Source: Azolla caroliniana
Taxonomy: Eukaryota; Plantae; Polypodiophyta
Direction of reading: 5' to 3'
Assembly: GCA_043228905.1 (NCBI GenBank)
Contig: JBHGNT010000007.1
Coordinates: forward strand, 17,174,001 to 17,238,000
DNA: 64,000 bases
Translations under genes and position numbers: made by a program
Notes under the pieces: model-generated
What the model was told of the DNA's origin: nothing
The model's input: the letters and a program-made list of their open reading frames with translations, nothing else
Database searches by the model: none
Shown: positions 42,801-55,880 of the stretch, one piece after another
Layout: every line of letters starts with the position of its first letter
Numbering within the stretch: the first letter of the stretch is position 1

Positions 42801-45800
42801 AATTTTGACCTAACGTGAAAACTGAAACCAAACCACGGTTTTAACAGTTTAAAGGTTTGAAAATCTTTAAAACATTTCGTTTGAGCTTGAATATTTTGTA
42901 ACGGTTCGGTTTAAACGATTTCGTGGTTTGGTTTAAGTTTCAATTTTTTTAAACAGTTTTGGTTTAAATGGTTTGAATTTGACACTCCCAAGCCAAACTG
43001 AACCGAACCATTGCCGATTGTTATATGCGGGCTAAAGTTTTCCTTGCAATTTACAAGATAACTGGATGAAGTCACTGTACAAAGGCAATCAAAGATAGAA
43101 CAATCATGGTCGCTCTTTGTATGGAGTAACTTGTAGCCAGTACTGCTGAACATGAACTCAGTCAATGGGCTGAAGCAAAATGAAGGCTTTTCTAGACAGT
43201 TAAATGAGAACCATGGGGGGAGTGGAGTGAAACATGGATATAGATGAATAGATAGATTTCTTATGGTCATTGGAGGTGAAATGCGACCAATGTGATTTAC
43301 AATGAAACATTTTCATGTAGTGTGTGGATTTCATTAAAATAACCCTGACCTTCAAGAATTTGACTAATGGATAGATAGATTTTTTATCATCCTTGGAGTT
43401 AAATTTTGACCAATGGGTCACAATGAAACATTTTCATGGTAGTGTGTGGAGTTCATTATTGACTCTTTATTTTCAAGAATTTGATTAATGAACATTTGCA
43501 ATTGAGAGTGGACACGAACGTGACATTAGGGAAGTGTAGGGAAAGAAAATTGGAAAATGATCGAAATTGGAGAATTGCAGTAGAGCATCATAAACCCATG
43601 AACTTGTTGCAGTTAAAATATGCATAGGCAATTAGTCATTTTACCAGTTTCCGATGCCCAGATGTTGCATGTTGCATCGAAGAGAATGTGACGTAAGACA
43701 TATGAACGGAATTATGATGAATAATGGAATAGGAGATGAGCTCTAGCGTATGTGGGGCTATTGCGGTTTGCCTATTTAGAGAAGAAAATGATTTTGTAGT
43801 TTGGTGCAGTGTTTGTAATATGTGTGACGAGTGAGCCTCCACATCTCTCCCAAGTTGTGATTCATTGGTGTGTTGCTAGAAGCCCTCATTCATAAAGAAA
43901 TCTATTGAGCCATCATGAAGCGAGTGTAATGTATCCCATCATTCAAACCATTTATTCATAGCTTGCATATATTTGGAATGCAACATTTTGGTTTTGTGTG
44001 TGTTTTGAACTTTCCTGCTTGCTTACCATGCAGTTCTAAGAGGTCGATGTGAGGCTTTTTTACTATCTTAAGCAATAGGCAACAACCATTCTATTCTCAT
44101 AATTGCAATGGAAAGCAATCAAGTCTAAAGAATTAGGAGTGTGTGTGGCATTTGTATATTGCCTTAAAGATACTTCATAAGAAAGTGCTTGTGGACACTT
44201 TCAAACTCTTTTGAAGTGGACTTGGTATGGCCCTATACCTCAACCCCACAGAGAAGCACTTGTGTCACCAAAGTGTCTAAGAGTATTTCTTGATAACCTA
44301 ACATTTAAGTAGTACATTCATTCTATGCCTCAACCCCAGGGGAAGCACTAGTGTCAAAGAGGTATTTTTTGAGAGCCCAACTTTTGATTTCTCTTCCATT
44401 GCATGATTCTCGAATGCATAGTAAGCCACCATTCTTGTTTGAAGTGGTGAGTAGCATATTCATTCAATCTATGATTGGATGGAGGTGACCTCACATTCAT
44501 CGTGAAGCTTTCCACCGTTTCAAATGGCTCATTTCGCACACAATGCATAATTTATCCTAAATTTGATTCTTCACAAGAATAGCCTTTGTTTTGGAACTAT
44601 TGACACTATAGTTACTATGCATGCAAAAGTTCTTCCCCAGGAATTGTGGGAGGAGGGGGGGGGGGGACCGAAACAGGCCACTTGAGGACTCTACTTGGAC
44701 GAAGACAAGCTGTTGCTCGATTTACTAGTTGGATGTCTGGCAATGTCACAGGAACTCCTTGCCATCAGCTTAACCATAAGCATAATCAGGAGTTCAATGT
44801 CTTCTGAAGTATTTGCTGAAAGCGCAACTGCATATAGCAAAAGTATGATGATTGTTTTCCGAATACCAAGCTCTTTTACACTGTTCTTGTTTAAAAGGTT
44901 TGGCTATTCTTGTGGCCCCTGTTCTGGAATTGGTGGCAAATTGGATTATTGGTTATTAGATGGCAAAAATCAATGTTCATGTTGCACACCAATGAAGTTT
45001 ATTGTAAGCTGATTGTAGAGAGAGTTTGCAGGTGTCATTGAGAACCCTGGATGCATGATAGCAAGTACATATTCTATTCCATGCGAGAGTGTTTCTTTAA
45101 AACACCAGAACGGTTAACATTGGGCATGTGTTTCAGTACAACATTAGAGGATACTAGGCACAAATTCCCGACATGCCTACTCGCTAAAGCCATTTGGTTA
45201 TTATGTTGCATCTTTGGGCATCAGTAACTGAGAAGTTTGTCTCCCTTTTCGTGGTTTTGGGTTTTTGCTCGGTGAGCCAGAGGTTTTACCCCCTTCCCAT
45301 CGTATGATGTAGTGTTCGACTACCTTAAGTATTGGGATCTCTATTATAATCGGATTAAGATTCTCTTACAACACTTTAGAAGGTTTACCTTGCAATAAGA
45401 TTCTCACTATAGTAGGGACATCAAGAATTTTGTATTGTTGTATTAATGATATTACGAGAGATTGATTTTCTTCTTGTTGGTCAGATTGTAAGCCCATCTC
45501 TAAGGCAAGAGATGGAGAATCCAAAGCATCTTACAGAGGAGAGAATAGACTTATATGTAAATCGGTTTTTGCAAGATTTTTGCGAAGGTAATGCCAGGTT
45601 CAAAGGTTGGCCTTCTGGAGAATATGCAGTTTATTCTATGTCTAAATTGGCGGTGAATGCGTACACACGTGTACTTGCAAGGGAATTACATAAGACATAT
45701 GTGAATTGTATGCATCCAGGGTATGTAAAAACAGACATGACTAAACACCAAGGATATTTGTCTCCTGAGAAGGGGGCTGATACTGCTGTCTGGCTTGCAC

Positions 45801-45862
45801 TCCACCCTCCTCCATTGCCCTCAGGGAAATTCTTCTACCAAAGAAAGCCATGTAGCTTTTAG
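33871..45862 (+). CDS. Short-chain dehydrogenase/reductase, carbonyl reductase/(+)-neomenthol dehydrogenase-like; exons 33871-33884, 34018-34288, 35807-35980, 45485-45862 (278 aa)
   Basis: All three GT-AG introns preserve frame (837 nt). Motifs VVTGANKGIG, LDILVNNAG, IINVSS, catalytic YSMSK and HPGYVKTDM...GADTAVWLAL. Confidence 0.92.
37537..42424 (+). mobile_element. Decayed Ty1/Copia element in SDR intron 3
   Basis: LTRs 37537-37760 and 42094-42424. TSD TGGAT. PBS TGGTATCAGAGC at 37764-37775. PPT AGGTGGGAGG. Fragmented gag-pol (WILDSGAS, QMDVKTAFLHG, LYVDDML) with internal tandem duplications at ~40461-40518 and ~41541-41745. Confidence 0.95.
42260..42369 (-). mobile_element. Short poly(A)-tailed retroposed insertion in the 3' LTR
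   Basis: About 110 bp absent from the 5' LTR, starting with a T run on the + strand and flanked by TCTCA on both sides. Related to 59842-59898. Confidence 0.65.
42551..43023. mobile_element. hAT-type MITE
   Basis: TIRs TAACAATCGCCAACGG / CCATTGCCGATTGTTA, perfect 8-bp TSD TATGCGGG (42543-42550, 43024-43031), and many subterminal AACCG/CGGTT motifs. Confidence 0.9.
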
Positions 45863-46879
45863 CATTGACAGTTCTTTGTGTATAACAAATCTTGATGTCA
45901 GTATTCAACTGATAAATGATTGTATAGTTTTATATTTCATTCTTTTGAGAGAGAACTGAAAGATATGTGCTGAATAAGCTTCACCAACTTCCAATAATCA
46001 ATTGATAAATGATTTTAGTGTTTTATATTTCATTCTTTTGAGAGAGAACTGAGGCATTATGTTCTAAATAAGCATCAGCAACTTTCCGTGCTTGAACATT
46101 TTACCCATACCCAGTCATGTAAACTGACTTATGCAAATTAACGGCCAACACCCCCACTCAGTCATGAGGAAACTCTTCTATTGGAAAAATTTATATAATA
46201 CTCTATTGTGTCTGTGGTTCCATGTTGAATAATGATGGGTAAGGAAAAGTTTCCAGTCGAAAAAAATAATACAATACTCCACAGCATTTCTAGGGTTCCA
46301 TGTTGAGTAATGATGGGTATCAATTTGACATCCATGATCGGTTTTAATCAAAATTATGGCTATATTCACATGCAAATTTCTTGTCATCTTGTGTATATTG
46401 GCATGAAATTCTTGCACTAAACCTATCTATGAAAGTGGGATATCCTTGATGATTGCGTGAATTTCTTCAATTGTGCCAATCGACATAAGTGAGATACCTT
46501 TGATTAATGGCATGAAATTCTTTTGGCATTCAATTGTGCCAATCTAACATAAGTGAGATATCTTGGATTATTGGCATGAAATTCTTTTGCTATGCCAATA
46601 TCGGTGATATCATTGATGTTTGTCAAATTCGTATCATTTTCCTTATGCTTTCACTCTAATAGTTACGTGCAAATCATCATAGATAATGACCCAAGCTCTC
46701 ATATACCCACATAACTTCCATGTTTTCGTTATCGAAAACATTAGAGAGCAAGCCACTACCATTTCAAGATGTTTGCTTCACTTTGGGCAATGAGTTAAAA
46801 ATCCCCCACAAATGACAATCTAACACCTACTTAGAGATGCATTTTCAGTAAATACATAGTTTTTCAACCATTTATTATG

Positions 46880-47150
46880 TTGTTTAGGAATTGGCATCGG
46901 TTTTGTTTCAGCTTAACCAATTTGGCCTTAACACATTTCCTTGAATTCAAAAACATCTATGACCACATCAAACGCTTCAAACAGATTAATCGATCATACA
47001 AACCAATCCCGGAAGCTACAAAGGTCACAACATTTGGTCTCACACTCAATGACCAAGTTGAAATATGGTTTTGAACCCTCATTGATAACATCGAGATGAT
47101 TATTTTATAGAAGATTATTTGACAAATTTTGCTCCACATGGAAGCAAATG
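46880..47150 (+). pseudogene. Relic of a Ty3/Gypsy gag region
   Basis: DHIKRFKQI...PEATKVTTFGLTLNDQVEIWF resembles the retrotransposon gag motif (H+..F......F...L...A..WF). Confidence 0.4.
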
Positions 47151-48660
47151 GAACCCGCTTGATCAGTTGTTCAGGGTTTAGGGTTTAGTGATATTGACCC
47201 ATACACTACTTATGAAGGGCAATATCACAATTGGAAAGAGACGGAAGAAGTTGTCTCTCATTTTGTTGATTTCGAAGGTGATCAAATCGCGTTCTTGGTC
47301 TTATGAAGTGAGCAATGAGGACTTCCAATGGGATGCCGAGGAGGGCTACGAAGATTAGAGTTGAAGTGCTTCAACAGCCAAGGTCCACACATGGTGAGCA
47401 AGTGCCCAACATAACATGAATATTACAATCGTATGATACCATGTCAAACCTACCATGGGGCACCCCCACAACAAAAACCAGCAAAACCCCCCAGATCAAC
47501 AACCACAAGAATTGATCGCATGGTTCCAACGAGAAGCATCATGCCCCGAATGAGAACAAGAACACCTAGTGCCCGATTGCCCTGAGAAAAAGAAGAGAAT
47601 AGGCACAAACCTGTTATCTAGTCCCATCAACGATCAAAGCCAACGTCATTACATCCACTCAATGAATCACTCACAACCTCAAATATCAAGAGCATGAGAC
47701 GCATATCACTCAATGGAGGATGCGGAAACCAAAGAAGGATAAATTGGTCGGATCTTTGCCACTGGTCTCCATCCCAAACCAGTTCGACAATGACAACGTG
47801 AGGGATGTACCCATCAATGCCTTTGACTACAAATTTACCTACACACCTAGCCACTTGCCCAAACCCTATCAAAGAAAAGCAAAAAGTAGAATAGTACATC
47901 AAACTACTCTGACAAGAAGAGGAACAAACACCACCAACCTACCAAGCTTCGACTTTGGCCAAGTCAACAACTAGGTCAACATCCCTCCCCACCACAACGA
48001 AGCACCCGTCAAAAACCACATACCTAAATCTTGCTCCGCAACTAGCAACAAAGAGGACAATGTGGCATTATTGTAATAAATATCAACACTCAAAGTAAAA
48101 CCCACGTTGTGGGATGTGTCCATCTTGATTGGCATCCCCATAGATATCATCCCAAGTTTTAATCATATCGTATCTAAAACACTCGAGCTAACACTAGAAG
48201 AACTATTAAAACTAAACCACCAACCTTGGCATGATTTTATCCGATGACTAAATGGCAAATTTTCAAATAGGTACATAGTCAAAAACTCTTCTTTTGATTT
48301 TCCTCGCATGATTGAAGTTTAGCTCACTAAATAAGAGACTTGAGATAAGAACCAAGTTATGTTTTTGCAAATACAAGCTTGAATTTTATTGTTAACACAC
48401 AAAAAAGCTAGTGAGTCATGTCTTTCCTCGAATATCCTTCCTATACTACACTCTAATTAATTTGATTGTCCTTTATAAAAAGGTAATCATTATCATCACA
48501 TTTGAAGCAACATAACTTCAACATCTCTCATTACCCATTTCATTCTATTTATTTCCTAGTTTGACCGAGATCTCTCTAGTCTTGTGAGATAAAGACATGT
48601 ACTCAAATCATGTTAGCAATATCTTGAAAAGAACATGTGGTAGGCAACAATCTCAAATTA

Positions 48661-48732
48661 TCTTATTGCCAGGTATCGAACCTAGGTCACCCATGTGACA
48701 AGCAAGAATACTCACCACTATACTACTACAAC
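48661..48732 (-). pseudogene. tRNA-Asp(GTC) pseudogene
   Basis: Minus strand GTTGTAGTAGTATAGTGGTGAGTATTCTTGCTTGTCACATGGGTGACCTAGGTTCGATACCTGGCAAT matches plant cytosolic tRNA-Asp, mostly by C>T/G>A changes. Stems are disrupted. Confidence 0.8.
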
Positions 48733-49203
48733 ACATGCATACTTTTTTTCAATAGACAAAAAAAAAAAATGTAATCTTTTCCATGTACACAAAAACTCTT
48801 CTTATAATTTTCCTTGAATGATTGAACTTTAGCTCACTAAATAAGAGACTTAAGATAAGTACCAAGTCATGTTTTTGTAAATACAACCTTGATTTTTATT
48901 TGGCACAAAAAAAAGCTAGTGAGTCATGTCTTTCCTCAAATATCCTTTTTATTCTACACTCTACATGTTTGGATTGTACTCTATAAAAAAAGTAATCATT
49001 ATCTCCTCTCTTGAAGCAATATAACTTCAACATCTCTCATTACACATTTCATTCTATTTATTTGCTAGTTTGACCGAGTTCTCTCTAGTCCTATGATATA
49101 AAGACATGTACTCAAATCCTATTAGGAGTGCTTAGCATCTTGAAAAGAACATGTGGTGCAAAGCGAGTATGGGCAACAATCTCAAATTTGCACTAGAGTT
49201 TTA

Positions 49204-49258
49204 CGCCATTGCCGCAAATCGAACCCGAGTTCCCACGCGACAAGCAGGAATACTCACC
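49204..49258 (-). pseudogene. 5'-truncated tRNA-Asp pseudogene
   Basis: GGTGAGTATTCCTGCTTGTCGCGTGGGAACTCGGGTTCGATTTGCGGCAATGGCG; the 5' end is replaced by Copia gag sequence. Confidence 0.7.
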
Positions 49259-50470
49259 GGCTAGAAAGTCTCTATGTGTCAGCTCCGATGCTGCATCATA
49301 TGCTCCTTCCACGTAAGTCCAATACCCATGTCTAAGAAGATACTGGTGTATCTTGTATGCCCAAGATGCATAGTTGCTCCTGTCGAGCTTTTTCGTTGGT
49401 AGGGAGCTACCCATTTCTCTGTCCCTATTCTTATCACTTATGTTCGAAAGGTATTCGCCTTGTCTGTGTTAAGCGCTTGTCGGTTGCAGAGGATTCTTCT
49501 CAACCCTCGTGCCCTGATACCATGTAAAAGTTTGCATGCAGAAGCTTGGACATAAGACATAGTCAGCTCAGCCAAACAACAATACACAGTTAGGTATACA
49601 TAGAGAATGTGGTTGATAGTATGTGAGAGAGACAGAGAGAGCAGACAACAAAATTATATTTAAAATAATAACGCTTTGTGTACATACAATGTGCTCAATG
49701 AGCACTTTTATACAAGCCCTAACAGTAGGCTAACACAACTAATGAGAAGTTCTTAATGCTCTTCAAGAGCTTTGACACCTAATAGAACATAATATTCCTG
49801 ATACTATGTTTGGCCTTTCAGCCCTAAATCCTAATGGCCTTGTTGGCTTCTAGTCAATCTAATTTTCTACTTCTTCTCGACTCAGTTGTTGGCCTCTTCA
49901 GTCGATTTGGCCTACCGGCCTTTAGCTGATTCGGTTCATGTTGAGCTTGTCTCTCAACGACACTTTAGTGTCCTTGGTGCAAGCGTGGAAGACGTGGTTC
50001 TTTGCCAATTGATTGTTGTTGAGGTTGTCACAATACATCGGCGTCGGATCGCCAACCTCCACCTACAGGTCCTGCAACAACCGTTTGAGCCATATGGCTT
50101 TGCATGGTGCGACAATTGTTCCTTTGTACTCAGCATTGGTGCTCAACATTGTTATTATGGGTTGCTTCTTGTTGCTCCATGCGTTCATTGCGCTCCCAAG
50201 AGAGAATGTATGCCGATTGGCGATCGCTGACGTTTTCAGACCAATCGCCATCCATATAGCCGACTAACTATTCGGTTATGCCATTCCGATGCAACAACCC
50301 ACAATCCTTCATGCCACTGACATAGCGCAATATCTTGTGCGCGCATTGAAGGTCCTCGACCATCAGCTTCGTCATGAAGTGGCTGATCAATCCGACAAGA
50401 TAGCTATGATTGGTCGGGTGATTGTCAAGTAGATGAGGATTTCGCCAAACTGTCGGAACTATTTCTCGTG
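49259..50470 (-). mobile_element. Copia relic: RT/RNase H remnant, LTR, PBS and gag start
   Basis: AWSNKKQP...STNAEYK...AIWLKRLLQDL (50063-50251); LTR end at 49523; PBS TGGTATCAGGGC at 49511-49522; gag start MGSSLPTKKLDRSNYASW. Confidence 0.75.
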
Positions 50471-50486
50471 GCAAGCCGGCACCAAA

Positions 50487-50737
50487 TTGCCCTAAGTCAT
50501 ATTTATACTTATATGAACTTAGGGCTATTTACAAATATAGCCTCAATAGGCTTACTTAAAACATATTTACAAATATGTCTTCTCTTCCGGTTCTCACCAA
50601 GTCCATCCGATCCGGTTTCCGAATCTCTTCTGGTTCTCACCGGGTTCATCTGATCCGGTTTCTGGATCTCTTCCAGTTCTCACCAGGTCCTCTTCATTCA
50701 TAACCGGATCCCATCCGAAGGGACCGATTACCCAACA
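50487..50737 (-). mobile_element. Partial LTR related to the intact Copia family
   Basis: Shares TTGCCCTAAGTCATATTTATAC...GGGCTATTTACAA and the terminal CCCATCCGAAGGGACCG...CCCAACA with 20380-20622. Confidence 0.8.
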
Positions 50738-50779
50738 CCTCCTTGATCCCAATCAAGGGATTCAATGCTAGTCACAAGA

Positions 50780-52160
50780 AATTCACGATGAAGAACTTTG
50801 AGAGGCCGAACACATACTAGGCATGCAGATAAAGCGAAATCAAATGAAGAGGATCCTACACCTCTCCCAATCCGACTACATCCGGAAGGTGATGAGGCGA
50901 TTCAACATGGACAAATCGAAGTGGGCACCGACCCCACTCCCGACGTCAATTCAACTATTTAACAATCAATCTCCCTCCTCGGAGAGAAAGAGCTCATGAG
51001 CCGAATTCCCTACGCATCAGTTGTAGGAAGTCTCATGTACACAATCATGGCCACCCAACCCGACCTTGCACAAGAGCCACCAGCTGATACATGTCTAATC
51101 TCGGAAAGAAGCATTGGGGAGTTGTAAAGTATATATTCCGACACCGACACAACACCAAGAACCTACAATTGACTTTCAAATCGAACCATCCGACCGAGGT
51201 CAAGGGCTTCACTGATTCTGATTATGCCCCGACAATCGGAAATCAACATCAAGATATGTCTTCACCTACAGAAACAGAGTGATTTCATGGAGTTCAAAGC
51301 TCCAAGAATGTACGACGCTCTCCACGACAAAGTTCGAGTACATCGCTACGTCCGAGGCAGCAAAAGAAGCAATCTGGTCGCAACAACTGTTGGTTGATTT
51401 TTCGGCCAAGAGCCAAATCGGCCATCCAACGCCGACTCTTCATTGCGATTGATGGAGTGCAATTCACCTTATAAGGAATCTAGTATATCATGCGAAGAAG
51501 AAATATATTGAGGTGAGGTATCATCACATCCGGAAAATTCATACGAAGGTGAACATTACTAACAGCCTGAGGAAGCCACTCCCAACGCACTAAGGAGACA
51601 AATGGAAATACAGCAAGCTAAGGAGCACAAGGAAGTCAAATCCAAAGAAGCAATAGGATAGTCAAAAATCGGTAGAGCCAAACGAGCAAGAATAGCAAAG
51701 TACAAAGAGCCGAATAACCAGAGGTGTGAAAAGGCCACTAAGTCTAAAGGAGCCAAAAGTCGATCACCAACCCAAGAGGAGGTACAAGGACCAATCGACA
51801 AGAGAGGCCGATGCCCGAAAGTGGATTCGGCAATCAACCGACTCTACCATTGCCAATTCAGCAATTAACCTACCGACTTGTAATTTTTCTAATTGTAATT
51901 TTAATTCAAAACGTAATTTAAGCTTATGAGGGAGTTTGTTGGGCTAAAAGTCCCACTCTACCAAAGTTGTACTCCTAGTGTGAACATGTCCGCACAATTA
52001 GGGCTCAATTACCCTATCTATAAAGCGAGAGACTGAGTCTTGTAAAGAATTATTGTCTGTGTAACTATCATCTTCTTCATCTTTTTGTATATACTATATC
52101 AATGATTGATTCACACAAAAGATCCTAGGTGTTATTCTTCATCTAGCCAGTTCAGCAACT
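50780..52160 (+). mobile_element. Copia 3' relic (RT/RNase H remnant, PPT, LTR start)
   Basis: IPYASVVGSLMY, MSNLGKKHW..VKYIFR and GFTDSDY; PPT GAGGGAG at 51928-51934, then TGTTGGG at 51937. The right boundary is uncertain. Confidence 0.7.
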
Positions 52161-52489
52161 TACACCTAGCTAGTTAAGCCACATACAATGCTAACACCCA
52201 AGAAGTCGTTGATTGTCTTGCTCTAATGCTAAAAATTTTGTTGTGAGGAACTCTAGCTCTATTGAGGCTCCTCATCAATGTGATTAGTGAAGCCACCTAC
52301 CAACGCCTCAACATCTCCAAGAGGGACACATGGTGGATACTAACACAATACGACAGGGTTATCCGTTTCACATTTCGTTCATCATTCTATTGTGGCTTTA
52401 TGGCTCGGTTTATTGGCATGCAAGATTTGGCAAGCCAATTCAAATTCGGCTCTAGTTATCAACAACAACCAGGGAGTCATCGCTCTGTC

Positions 52490-54171
52490 AAAGAATCAGG
52501 TTCATCACAACGCCTTGAAGCATATCAATCAGGTGTATCGAGGTGAGATTTTGCACTACCTCATTGATGAAGTGAGGTCCTTGATCGTTGACCAAATCCA
52601 CTAGACATCCAAATCGTGTTATAATATTCTCGTATAGGAAATGAGCTACAGTTTGAGTTTTGTTGTCTCGTAAAGCTTTTGCTTCAACCCATTTGATATA
52701 GTGGTCTGTGGTGACCAAGATATACTAAAATCCTCTGATGGATGGTGGGTTGAAAGGATTGACAAAATCTAGTCCCCATTTTTTAAAAGGTTCTAAAGCT
52801 AAGATAGGTTGATGAGGCATCCGAGTTGCTTCTTTGATTGTCCCAATTGTTGACATACGTCACATTCTTTTGCAAACTTGGTTACATCCTTGTTGATTGT
52901 GGGCCACCATAAACAGACCTGCCATATTTTTGAAGTAGTGACTTCTCCAGAAAAAGGACCTCTCAATATGCCTTGATGAGCCTCCAATATGCAGTTCCTC
53001 TGCTCAAACTGTTGGACACAACAACAGAAAATTCCATTAGCATACCGACCGATATAGTGCGTCACCCATCACTTTAAAATGTCGTGACCTCAATGCTAAT
53101 CTTTTCCTTTGATCTTTACTCGGTTCAACACGGAACGTGCTTGTGGTACAAAGTTGCACCATGGCATCTAACTATTCATTGGGATTGTTATGCACATGTG
53201 GGACTTTGATGTGTACACTATGTCAAAGTCAAATTCTTGTAGTAGGAGCATTCATCGTGTTATTTTCCCCATCACATGGTTGTTTCTTTACTAGTTAAAG
53301 TAATGTTGAATTATCAACATGAATGGTGAATGTATTACCTAGTAAATAATGACAAAACTTCTCCACTGAATAGATCATGCCAAGTGCCTCCCTTTTTGTG
53401 GTGTTGTAGTTACGTTCTGCTTTGAAAAGACGACGACTAGGATAATAAACTGGGCAAAACCACCTCAGTTCATGTTCCTTCATTAGAATACTCCCAATGG
53501 CAATGTCTGATGCATAAACAAAAATGTGAAAAGTTTTGGTCCAATCGGAAGGTTGTACTACTGGTGCTTTTGCCAAGATGATCTGAAGCTTCTGAAATTC
53601 CAAGTCTTCAACTTCTGTCCAACTAAAGGGAGTGGCATGTATCGCAACATGTAAAGGAGTAGCCAAATCCGCAAGAAAGCGTAACACCCGACTATGCCAA
53701 TGAATCTATCTGAGGAACATCATGAGTTCCTTTGCATTTTTGGGGGCTTTCTCATCCATGATAGCTTGGACTTTGCCTGGGTCAATTGTGATACCTTCTT
53801 TGGAAATGATACGTGCAAGTAGCATGCCACTCCATACTGCGAATGTGCATTTTACCATGGTTTTTGGCCAAGTATTCTCATCAGGTGGTTGTCTGCATAC
53901 ACGATGTGGTGTTTCTATGTAGAACTATCCTAATGCCTCAAATTTGTCTATGGATGATGTTGTTGCATGGGTCTCATTGACATCTCTTGAGTTTCTTAAT
54001 CTCTGTCGACGCTTTGCATCATATGCTAATCGATGTTTTGTGGCGGAGTATGATGTCAACGTCTCACGTTCTCCCTGCTTGCGACGAGCTTCTAGAGATT
54101 TCCTAGACGTCTGCTTTGTTATGTTGCATGCATGGTAAGAATTCTAAGAAGAAGTAACATCGCAGTCGCCA
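52490..54171 (-). mobile_element. Deleted Ty3/Gypsy (non-chromovirus) relic
   Basis: RNase H FHIFVYASDIAIG...AERNYNTTKREALG; integrase H..GPFSGEVT...WWPTI...CDVCQ and DHYIKWVEAKAL...IITRFG...DQGPHF; PBS-like TGGCGACTGCG at 54161-54171. Confidence 0.8.
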
Positions 54172-55880
54172 AGTGTTATCCGCCTAGGAACATCAATGCC
54201 CAGTGTTGGATAACATGATCACATAACAGCAGAGAAACACAAAACACAAACAAACAGAGATTATGACAAATTGTTTCAATCATGCACGAGTAAGGAAAAG
54301 AAGAATACAAGTTCCCTCTTATCGTTCCCTTCTCTTTAGTTCTATTCACCTAGAGACAATTAGAGAAACAACAATTGGGTGAAATGGTATCTTAAGGCCT
54401 TTACAATGGAGTCTACTCATAAACATCCATTCAAGTATGATTTTGTCATAAGAATATATAATATTCTTTGACCATATTTACACTTGACAACTAACTACAT
54501 ATCACAATCTAGTTCTTCTGATAACTAACACATGGATTACAATAAAGTGTGCTCACGCACTTTTTCACACATCGGGCTTTTCTCCATAAGCACATGTTCA
54601 CATGAGTTGAGCCTGATTCTCAACACACTTCTATGAATCGATGGAGTTTTATCTCCCATCGATGTTATTAGCCTTGAGTCCAGACCAACCTATACCCTTT
54701 TGATGGCAAACCGGGCGAAAGTGGTTGTCGAGCACCTTTAAGCGACTAGCTTACTTAGCTTCATTGATTACTGCTTAATCTCTCTCTCACACACACTCTC
54801 TCTAGCTTTACTTTCTCTTACAGATAGACACGAATGTAGGAAGAAGAATATATATACTATTAACACCACTTCTTCTTACATTATTAGAGGTTTAGCACCA
54901 TACAAGAGGAGATTAGGGTTTGGCTTACTTGGATCTTAACCCTTATCTTTCTCAACTCTAATGAAGGATTAAGGAGATAGAAGAAGAGTTCTTAGTGCAT
55001 TAATGGAAAGAATATATCCTAAGAAGAAGAATAACTACAAAAGACACAAAATGGTGGCGTTGATAGCCTTTTACAAGGTAAGTGTTTCTCTTTCACTCTA
55101 GGTTGCCCATTGACTTACATTACTTCTTATTTAATTTGTTCTATCCCCCTTTTTCCTATGGTTGGTTGAGCTCGTTGTCCTTTGTTGTTGTCACAATCTC
55201 CGCCACCAATGTACCAAGTGTTTGATACTTAGCAATTGCTTGGCTTAGTTTGGCAACAAAAGTTGGATGCACCATAGTTACACTTTGAGGATTCAAATCA
55301 AATTGCCAAGGACATCAGAAGATCGAATGGATGAATGAGTGGAGTGTTGATTAAAGGATGTGCATAGAAGAGGATGAGAAAATGAGAAAATGAATTAGAG
55401 ATTGGACAAGAGGAGGGGTTTGAGTAGAATCCAAGAGCTTAAGGAGAATAAAAGTCCCATGAGATAGATGACAAAAGAATGATGGGCATTGGATGCTTTA
55501 GACTTGTAGCATTCCAAATTGTTGTGTTTATGTTGCAAGGTTCTCTCTTGTACATGCATTCAATTGACCAAAGACAATAACCTTTCCTCTCCCCCTCCTT
55601 ACAAACATGTATATTGGGTGCTTCACAAAGCCCTTTAGAAGTAATACACAAGTTGAAGCCTCTCGTTTATGCCTAGAAGAATTATATACAAGAAGTCAAG
55701 CACCAACATCTTTGGATGACAGTTCTAAATTTCTAAGTTGAGAATCGTTGCTTGACATGTAGATCATGGGAGCATAGTTTATGCAAGCCAACTTAAATTT
55801 CTTATATGTATTGAATGGCCTCTAGAACATTTTGTATATTAAAAAACTTTTTCGAATGTTTAGTGTTCTTTATTAATGAG

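Larger units (their letters stand above)
48280..49258. repeat. Tandem duplication, ~510-bp unit, each copy carrying a decayed tRNA-Asp
   Basis: Units begin CAAAAACTCTTCTT at 48280 and 48790 and are collinear. Confidence 0.85.

Noticed and set aside
54204-54625. Possible solo LTR (TGTTG...CAACA)
   Set aside because: Flanks CCCAG and CACTT do not form a TSD, and there is no partner LTR, PBS or clear PPT.
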